A DNA stretch of 63,581 nt from an uncultured Alphaproteobacteria bacterium (GTDB lineage: Bacteria > Pseudomonadota > Alphaproteobacteria > Rickettsiales > UBA1997). The stretch's first letter is position 1, and each line of letters starts with the position of its first letter. A program made the translations under genes and the position numbers. Location: assembly GCA_903879805.1 (NCBI GenBank), contig CAIRMX010000042.1, forward strand, positions 1 to 63,581, given 5' to 3'. Below are positions 47,504-54,387 of this stretch, in pieces. The notes under the pieces were generated by a model, which made no database searches, was not told the origin of the DNA, and was given only the letters and a program-made list of their open reading frames with translations.

Positions 47504-49063
47504 TTAGTCCTTCTTTCCCGAAGAAAGTTTTCTGCTACCAGTTCTGTCAATTGGCTTGTCGCTTGGCGCGCGTACCGGTCTTTCTCTTTTTGGTTCATTT
47601 CTTTCTTCTCTTGGCTCTCTTCTAGTGTCTCTCGAGTCGCCTCTTTCAGCGCGTGGATTTCTCTCGCCTCTAGAATCATTTCTTCTTGGCGCCGGTTTTT
47701 TGGCGTCAGTTCTTTTTGGATCAACTCTTCTTTCTGGATGCTTTGCTACAGGTTTTTTTACTGAAAATAAACCCATTACAAAACCGAAAATTCCGGTTTT
47801 TTTCTTAGGCTTTGGAGCAACTTTTGGCGCGTGATGTGACTTATGTTCAACTTTTTTTTGCATTGGTTTGTGATTATTTAAATTAATTTTTTCTTCTCTT
47901 TTTTCGTGACGTACCGGTGCTGATTTTTTGCCGCTGTAAGGATGCGAATCATCAACCGGAATTTTGTAGTTAATCGCTTTTTCAACAGCGCGTAAAAGCG
48001 TGTCGTCATGCGGGTCGCCGAAAGAAATCGCTACGCCTTGTCTGCCAGCGCGAGCCGTGCGGCCAATTCTGTGAACGTAACTTTCAGGATCTGATGGAAT
48101 GTCGTAATTAATCACGTGCGAGATCGCTGGAATGTCGATGCCGCGCGCTGCTACGTCAGTTGCCACCAAAACCTGAATTTTGCCTTCACGAAATTTATTT
48201 AAAGATTTTTCGCGTTGTTCTTGATCTTTGTCGCCATGAATTGCCGCAACAGAAATGCGGTTTCTTAGCAAATAATCTTCAATGTCATCTGCGCCATGTT
48301 TGGTGCGTGAAAAAATAATCACGCTAGTGGCATTTTCTTGTTTTAAAATGTGTCTAAGTAGCGCCAGCTTGTCGTGTTTTTCGACAAAATAAATTTTCTG
48401 ATCAATGCGCTCAACCGTTGTCGATTGTGGCGTCACTTCAATGCGAATTGGATTTGTTAAAATCGAATCAGCCAATTCAGAAATCGCTTTTGGCATGGTT
48501 GCTGAGAAGAAAAGCGTTTGTCTTTTTGAGGTAATTTTGGCGATTACTTTTTTGATGTCGTTGACAAAACCCATGTCGAGCATGCGATCTGCCTCGTCCA
48601 AAACCAAAACTTCCACTTGCATGAAACGGATGTGACCTTGGTTGGTGAGGTCAAGAAGGCGTCCCGGAGTTGCGATTAAAATATCAACACCACGCTGCAA
48701 TTGCGTGATTTGTGCACGATCAGAAACACCGCCGTAAACCAAAGCGTAGCGCAGGTTTAGGTCTTTGCCGTAAGCATCAATATTTTCAGCAATTTGCGAA
48801 GCGAGTTCGCGAGTTGGAGTTAAAATCAAAGCACGCACACAACCGCTTTTTGCCGAGATGCCGCTTTTGGCAAGATTGTGCAAAATCGGCAAAGCGAAGG
48901 CTGCAGTTTTACCGGTTCCGGTTTGGGCAATGCCTAAAATATCTTTGCCCTCAAGAAGTGGTGGAATGGCTTGGAGCTGGATGGGAGTTGGAGTAACGTA
49001 GCCTTTCTTTTCAAGAGCAGCGAGGATTTTTGGGTTAAGGTGTAGGTTAGTAAAAGATGTCAT
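47504..49063 (-). CDS. rhlE: DEAD-box ATP-dependent RNA helicase (RhlE-like), paralog 2, with a lysine/arginine-rich tail
   Basis: 519 aa. The motif set matches 45225-47267, and the core is roughly three-quarters identical by eye. The tail (about 47504-47935) is unrelated and K/R/E/P-rich. Confidence 0.9.
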   Translation of the reverse strand: MTSFTNLHLNPKILAALEKKGYVTPTPIQLQAIPPLLEGKDILGIAQTGTGKTAAFALPILHNLAKSGISAKSGCVRALILTPTRELASQIAENIDAYGKDLNLRYALVYGGVSDRAQITQLQRGVDILIATPGRLLDLTNQGHIRFMQVEVLVLDEADRMLDMGFVNDIKKVIAKITSKRQTLFFSATMPKAISELADSILTNPIRIEVTPQSTTVERIDQKIYFVEKHDKLALLRHILKQENATSVIIFSRTKHGADDIEDYLLRNRISVAAIHGDKDQEQREKSLNKFREGKIQVLVATDVAARGIDIPAISHVINYDIPSDPESYVHRIGRTARAGRQGVAISFGDPHDDTLLRAVEKAINYKIPVDDSHPYSGKKSAPVRHEKREEKINLNNHKPMQKKVEHKSHHAPKVAPKPKKKTGIFGFVMGLFSVKKPVAKHPERRVDPKRTDAKKPAPRRNDSRGERNPRAERGDSRDTRREPREERNEPKRERPVRAPSDKPIDRTGSRKLSSGKKD

Positions 49064-49087
49064 TTGGAAAAAAATAGAATGGAAAAT

Positions 49088-49801
49088 TTAGTACTTTTGT
49101 TTGAGGAATTTTTCAAAAAGATCAGGACGATTTTTTTTAGTGATTTCAATGGCTTGTTCCTTACGCCATTCATTAATTTTTTTGTGATGTCCTGAAGTTA
49201 AAACTTCTGGAATCACTCGACCGCGCCATTCATGAGGGCGCGTGAAATGTGGGTATTCTAGCAAATTTTCAAATTCTGAATTGTCCTTTGAACCGAAAGA
49301 TTCTTCTGCCAAAGATTCATCAGCGCCGAGCACGCCTTCCACATTTCGCAGAACTGTATCTACCACAATGAAAGCTGCAAGCTCGCCGCCACTTAAAATG
49401 TAATCGCCAATTGAAATTTCTTCGATTGCGAGTTCGTCAAGCACGCGTTGATCCAGTCCCTCGTAGCGTCCGCATAAAAGTAAAATTTCTTTTTCCGCAG
49501 CTAATTCACGTGCTTTTTTTTGCGTGAGAGTTTTGCCGCGCGGTGAAAGGTGAATTATTTTTGTTGATGAGTGTGAGTTTTTTTCAATTGCATCAGCAAC
49601 AACATCCGCCTTTAAAACCATGCCAGCGCCACCTCCGTAAGGTGTGTCATCAACAGTTCCGCGTTCGTCTTTGGCGTAACTACGAATATTGATCGCTTCA
49701 ATTGACCAGAGATTTTTGGCCAGAGCCGAGCCAGTTACAGAAGCTGCGAGCGGTCCGGGGAAAAGTTCGGGAAATAGAGTTAGGATTTTGAAATTGATCA
49801 T
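49088..49801 (-). CDS. trmD: tRNA (guanine37-N1)-methyltransferase
   Basis: 237 aa. Motifs ILTLFPELFPGPL, DDTPYGGGAGMVL, CGRYEGLDQRV, SIGDYILSGGE. Confidence 0.95.
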   Translation of the reverse strand: MINFKILTLFPELFPGPLAASVTGSALAKNLWSIEAINIRSYAKDERGTVDDTPYGGGAGMVLKADVVADAIEKNSHSSTKIIHLSPRGKTLTQKKARELAAEKEILLLCGRYEGLDQRVLDELAIEEISIGDYILSGGELAAFIVVDTVLRNVEGVLGADESLAEESFGSKDNSEFENLLEYPHFTRPHEWRGRVIPEVLTSGHHKKINEWRKEQAIEITKKNRPDLFEKFLKQKY

Positions 49802-49810
49802 TTTTAAAAA

Positions 49811-50989
49811 TTAAAAAACCTTCTTCAACGCCGCCACCGCTTTCTTCATGTCATCTTCATCACGAATCAAAGAGAATCTGGCAAACCCTTCTCCATTAGC
49901 GCCAAAGCTGCTTCCGGGAGACATTACAACGCCGGTTTCAGCAATCATTTTTTGACAAAATTCAAAAGAAGTAAGATGCGCAAATTGCTTTGGCAGCTTA
50001 GTCCACAAGAACATGCTGGCTTTTGGTTTTTCGATTTTCCAACCAAGTTCTTTGTCTAAAAGTTCAACCAAAAATTCGCCGCGCGCTTTGTATTTTTGAC
50101 GTAAGCCCGCCAAATATTCGTCACTCTTTTCACTCAAAGCATCAACTGCCACCATTTGCAGCGGGTTGAACGAACCGTAGTCGAGATAAGATTTTATTTT
50201 GTAAAGTGCGCCAACCAAAGTTGGATTGCCAACTGCAAAACCAACGCGACATCCAGCCATGGAATAGCTTTTTGAAACCGATGAAAACTCAATGGCAATG
50301 TCTTTAGCACCTTTAACTTCTAAGATCGAATGAGGCTTGTCGGCTTCATTAAAATAAAGTTCGCAGTAAGCGATGTCAGAAATGATGTAGATTTTATGCT
50401 TGATGCAAAAGGCAACTAACTCTTCGTAAAAATCCAAACCAACAATTTCAGTGGTTGGGTTGCAGGGGTAACTAACAATCACAGCGAGCGGCTTTTCTTC
50501 TACGGCCTCAATATATTTTTTAAACTCACGCAAAAAATCCGCACCGCTAATTGCTGGCAAATGGATGATGTTACTTTTCGAAAGCGTGAAGGCAAAAGTG
50601 TGAATCGGATAAGCCGGAGACGGCACGATCATGTAATTTTCGGGGCTAGAAATTGCTGAAGCCAAACTTGCGATACCTTCTTTCGCGCCAATAGTAACAA
50701 GGGCTTCTGAATTGTAATCTAGCTCAACATTAAAGCGCCGCGCGTAATATTCGCAAATCGCTTTTTTCAAAACATCAATGCCACCAGTCACCGAATAACC
50801 AAAAAGTTTTGGGTCGCGCGACAACTCCGCCAAACGATCCATCACAAATTGTGGTGGCGGCGAATCAGGAGTTCCCATGCCAAAATCAATAATTTCAACA
50901 CCTTTTGCAGCCGCTTCGGTTTTAAGTTTATACATTGCAGCAAAAATGTAGGGCGGGAGTTTTTCGGTGAGATAGAATTCTTTTTGCAT
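49811..50989 (-). CDS. PLP-dependent aminotransferase, class I/II (LL-diaminopimelate or alanine aminotransferase-like)
   Basis: 392 aa. Motifs GMGTPDSPPP, PSPAYPIH, NPTT and the PLP-lysine motif SVSKSYSMAGCRVGF. Confidence 0.8.
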   Translation of the reverse strand: MQKEFYLTEKLPPYIFAAMYKLKTEAAAKGVEIIDFGMGTPDSPPPQFVMDRLAELSRDPKLFGYSVTGGIDVLKKAICEYYARRFNVELDYNSEALVTIGAKEGIASLASAISSPENYMIVPSPAYPIHTFAFTLSKSNIIHLPAISGADFLREFKKYIEAVEEKPLAVIVSYPCNPTTEIVGLDFYEELVAFCIKHKIYIISDIAYCELYFNEADKPHSILEVKGAKDIAIEFSSVSKSYSMAGCRVGFAVGNPTLVGALYKIKSYLDYGSFNPLQMVAVDALSEKSDEYLAGLRQKYKARGEFLVELLDKELGWKIEKPKASMFLWTKLPKQFAHLTSFEFCQKMIAETGVVMSPGSSFGANGEGFARFSLIRDEDDMKKAVAALKKVF

Positions 50990-51083
50990 TATTTTTGAAG
51001 AGCTGAGGATTGAGAAATTTGAAGACTTAGCAAATTCTTTGGTTCGCGATTTAAATGCAATCTCGTCTGTGATTTTTTTAGAA

Positions 51084-51273
51084 CTCGATTTCTCCCCTCC
51101 TTTTCAAGGAGGGTTTGGGGGTGGTTATTCCAAGAATTCAGATTTGTTATTTTTTGAAAAATTTACAAAAGCCCAAACACCATTTACACGAAAAACATCC
51201 TACCTCGAATCAACATCTTACCCGCGAATAACCACCCCAACCCCTCCTTGAAAAGGAGGGGCTTTAGATCGAG
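51084..51273. mobile_element. MITE-like non-autonomous element: about 47-nt terminal inverted repeats, each holding a CCCCTCCTT/AAGGAGGGG hairpin, and no coding capacity
   Basis: The left TIR at 51084-51130 (ctcgatttctcccctccttttcaaggagggtttgggggtggttattc) is the reverse complement of the right TIR at 51226-51273 (gaataaccaccccaacccctccttgaaaaggaggggctttagatcgag). The 95-nt core is AT-rich. Partial copies lie at 1-84 and 47462-47497. Confidence 0.75.
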
Positions 51274-51387
51274 AACTATTTCAAAAACTTTTTTCAAGAT
51301 ATCGCCAGTTTTGGATTGCGCTGCGTTTTACCCGCTTTAATTTGCACCGCTCCAATTTTCTTCTTCCAAATCAAATCAATCAAAACC

Positions 51388-52587
51388 GTGACCAAAGTAA
51401 TCCTCCTCGAAAATATCAGCGAAGCATCTCTAGCCTCTTTCAAAAAATACGGCATTGAAGACATACAAATTCTTAAAACCAGCATTGAAGATGCACCAAG
51501 CGAAGTGTTTGAAGCCAATATTTTAGGCATTAGATCGCGCAGCAAATTGACCAAAGAAATTTTGTCAAAATTCAAAAACCTTTCTTGCATCGGATGCTTT
51601 TGCATTGGCACCGACCAAGTTGATTTAACCGCAGCAAAAAAACTCGGCATTCCGGTTTTTAACGCACCATTTTCAAACACCAGATCAGTTGCCGAATTAG
51701 TGATTGGCGAAATTATTTCGCTTTATCGCCGCTTGCAGGTTGTAAATATTGAAATGCATAAAGGCATTTGGAGCAAGAACGCTTCTGGCTGCAACGAAAT
51801 CAAAAACAAAACTTTAGGAATTATCGGCTACGGCAATATCGGCGCGCAAGTTGGCATTATTGCTGAGTCTTTGGGCATGAATGTGGTTTATCACGACATT
51901 GAAAATAAATTGCCTTTTGGCTCAAACCACCAAGTTAATTCTTTAGACGATTTGCTGAAAATTTCTGACGTAATCACAGTTCACGTTCCACAAGATAAAA
52001 GCACTGACAACATCATCAACAAAGCCTCAATTTCTAAAATGAAAAAAGGCGTTTTTGTAATTAACAACTCGCGCGGCAATGTTGTCGATATTGACGCTCT
52101 TGCAGAAGCGCTTGAATCTAAACATGTTGCAGGGGCGGCAATCGACGTTTTCCCGATTGAACCTGCCAGCAACAATGAAGAATTCATTTCTCCTCTACGC
52201 AAATTCGACAATGTTTTGCTAACTCCCCACATCGGCGGCAGCACACAAGAAGCGCAGGAAAATATCGCCGTTGAAGTGTCCAACAAACTGGCGCAAAACC
52301 ATCTGATCGGCTCAACGGCAATGGCGGTGAACTTTCCAAACTTGTCGCTACAAAGACCGAAAGAAGGCTGCATCAGAATCACTCACGCCCACACCAACAC
52401 TCCCGGTATGCTTCAAGCCATCAACCAAGAAATCAGCAAATATAACCTAAACATTCAGTCACAAATTCTTTCAACCGACTCTGAAATTGGTTACGTGGTT
52501 TTGGACGTTGAAGCCAAAGAAATTCCAAGCGCCTTAAAAGAAGGAATCAAATCAATCGCCGGAACTGTTGCGGTGACAATTTCTTAA
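51388..52587 (+). CDS. serA: D-3-phosphoglycerate dehydrogenase (E. coli-type, with a C-terminal ACT domain)
   Basis: Colinear with E. coli SerA: IGCFCIGTDQVDL, GIPVFNAPFSNTRSVAELV, LGIIGYGNIGAQ, YHDIENKLP, LLTPHIGGSTQEAQENI and GYVVLDVEA. The start is proposed at GTG 51388; the ORF is open from TTG 51316. Confidence 0.92.
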   Translation: MTKVILLENISEASLASFKKYGIEDIQILKTSIEDAPSEVFEANILGIRSRSKLTKEILSKFKNLSCIGCFCIGTDQVDLTAAKKLGIPVFNAPFSNTRSVAELVIGEIISLYRRLQVVNIEMHKGIWSKNASGCNEIKNKTLGIIGYGNIGAQVGIIAESLGMNVVYHDIENKLPFGSNHQVNSLDDLLKISDVITVHVPQDKSTDNIINKASISKMKKGVFVINNSRGNVVDIDALAEALESKHVAGAAIDVFPIEPASNNEEFISPLRKFDNVLLTPHIGGSTQEAQENIAVEVSNKLAQNHLIGSTAMAVNFPNLSLQRPKEGCIRITHAHTNTPGMLQAINQEISKYNLNIQSQILSTDSEIGYVVLDVEAKEIPSALKEGIKSIAGTVAVTIS

Positions 52588-52591
52588 ATTT

Positions 52592-53740
52592 ATGCAGCCA
52601 ACGCAAAAACCAAATTCCAACAAATTCAGCAGCGGCCCTTGTGCCAAAAGGCCAAACTGGAATGCTGAATTCTTAAACAAGACCGAACTTTTGGGCAGAT
52701 CGCACCGCTCAAAAGAAGTTTTGAAGGTAATTAACGAAGTAAATGCTCTCAGCCTAGAACTTCTCAACGTTCCCAAAGACTACAAAATCGCGATAATTGC
52801 CGCATCCGACACCGGCGCTTTTGAAGCAGCGATGTGGAATATGTTGGGAGAACGACCAGTTGACGTAATTTATTTTGAGGCTTTCGGCGCCGAGTGGTAC
52901 AAAGCAATCACCGAGCAATTACGCTTGCCCGATGTGCGCAAATTTTCGGCTGAGTTTGGAAAAGTTCCCGAAATTTCTGCGCTTGATTTTGATCGCGACG
53001 TCGTCTTCACGCTCAACGGAACCACGTCTGGCGTGTGTTTTAACGATCTCGATTTTATTCCATCAAACAGATCCGGCCTAACTTTTTGCGACGCCACTTC
53101 CGCTGCTTTTTCAATGCCAATCGATTTTTCTAAACTCGATGTCACAACTTATTCTTGGCAAAAATCTTTGGGCGGCGAAGCGCAGCACGGCGTTTTAATT
53201 TTAAGCCCGCGCGCTGTTGAACGCATTGAAAGCTACACGCCAACTTGGCCACTGCCAAAAATTTACCAGCTCAAGAAAAAAGGCGTTTTCAGCTCTGCCG
53301 TTTTCGAAGGAGCGGTTATTAACACCACTTCAACAATCTGCATTTTAGATGCGCTAGACACGCTTTCTTGGATCAAACAAAGCGGCGGCATTGAAGCGAT
53401 GTATAATCGCGTAAATAGAAACTTCGCAGCAGTTTCTGATTTCTTAAAAAATTCCGAAAATTTTGAAAATCTTTGCGCTGATGAAAAATTTCAGTCGCGC
53501 ACTTCGGTGTGTTTTAGACCAAAGCAAAAATGGTTTAAAGACTTGCCCGACGCCGACCAACGCAAATTTGTCGACCAAGTCGCAAAAATTTTACAAGACG
53601 AAAAAGTTGCCTTCGACATCAAAGGCTACAACACCGCCCCCGCCTCTTTCCGCATCTGGTGCGGCTTGACGGTTGATGCCAGCGACGTCAAAATTCTGTG
53701 CGAGTGGTTTGAATATGCTTACCAAATGGCGCGCGCATGA
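52592..53740 (+). CDS. serC: Phosphoserine aminotransferase
   Basis: 382 aa. N-terminal FSSGPCAKRP, a WQKSLGGE lysine region, and a layout like the roughly 380-aa SerC class. It sits between serA and serB. Confidence 0.85.
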   Translation: MQPTQKPNSNKFSSGPCAKRPNWNAEFLNKTELLGRSHRSKEVLKVINEVNALSLELLNVPKDYKIAIIAASDTGAFEAAMWNMLGERPVDVIYFEAFGAEWYKAITEQLRLPDVRKFSAEFGKVPEISALDFDRDVVFTLNGTTSGVCFNDLDFIPSNRSGLTFCDATSAAFSMPIDFSKLDVTTYSWQKSLGGEAQHGVLILSPRAVERIESYTPTWPLPKIYQLKKKGVFSSAVFEGAVINTTSTICILDALDTLSWIKQSGGIEAMYNRVNRNFAAVSDFLKNSENFENLCADEKFQSRTSVCFRPKQKWFKDLPDADQRKFVDQVAKILQDEKVAFDIKGYNTAPASFRIWCGLTVDASDVKILCEWFEYAYQMARA

Positions 53741-54387
53741 AAAATAAATGCGCCATTTTTGATTTTGATTCAACGCTGGTTTCAATCGAAACGCTTGATT
53801 TTCTAATCGCCAAAACCAGCAAAGATCAGAAAGAAGAGATCGAAAAAATCACCCAAGCAGCGATGGGCGGCAAGATGACTTTTGCCGATTCTCTGCGCCT
53901 GCGCTTTGCTCACATCAAACTTACAAAATCTGAAATCGAAGAGCTCAAATCGGAAATTTGTACATACATCACCAATGGTTTTGTTACAGGGTTAAATCAG
54001 TTAAAACCTGATTTTGATTTCTACATTATTTCCGGCGGCTTCCTTGAAATTATTTATCCAGCAGCTGACGCACTTGGCATCTCACGCCAAAATTGCTTTG
54101 CCAATAATTTTGTTTTTGACGGCGAAAAAGTTGTTGGTTTTGAAGAGCACAACATCTTGGCGCAAAATGGCGGCAAACCAAAAATCGTGGCGCAAATTTT
54201 GGCTAAAAAATCTTACGATAAAATTTTCATGGTGGGCGATGGATACACTGATTTAGAGGTGGCAAAGGCCAATTCAAAAGTAACTTTCTGCGGCTTTGGT
54301 GAACATGCCGCGCGCGATGTAGTAATCAAAGAAGCGGAAAATTTCTTCTACAGCACCCACGATTTAATCTCTTTTTTGGCTCGATGA
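53737..54387 (+). CDS. serB: Phosphoserine phosphatase (HAD superfamily)
   Basis: 216 aa. HAD motif I FDFDSTL and motif IV GDGYTDLE. ATGA overlaps at both ends link it to serC and to the downstream gene. Confidence 0.8.
   Translation: MKNKCAIFDFDSTLVSIETLDFLIAKTSKDQKEEIEKITQAAMGGKMTFADSLRLRFAHIKLTKSEIEELKSEICTYITNGFVTGLNQLKPDFDFYIISGGFLEIIYPAADALGISRQNCFANNFVFDGEKVVGFEEHNILAQNGGKPKIVAQILAKKSYDKIFMVGDGYTDLEVAKANSKVTFCGFGEHAARDVVIKEAENFFYSTHDLISFLAR

Noticed and set aside
40855-49087. The block between rimM and trmD as a prophage or integrative island.
   Set aside because: It has no integrase, transposase, tRNA attachment site, flanking direct repeats or phage structural genes. Only the tail-fibre-like glycine-rich domain hints at phage ancestry.
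51039-51251. 70-aa ORF that spans the MITE-like element.
   Set aside because: It is encoded almost entirely by the repeat (FSPPFQGGFGGGYS comes from the hairpin) and has no independent support.
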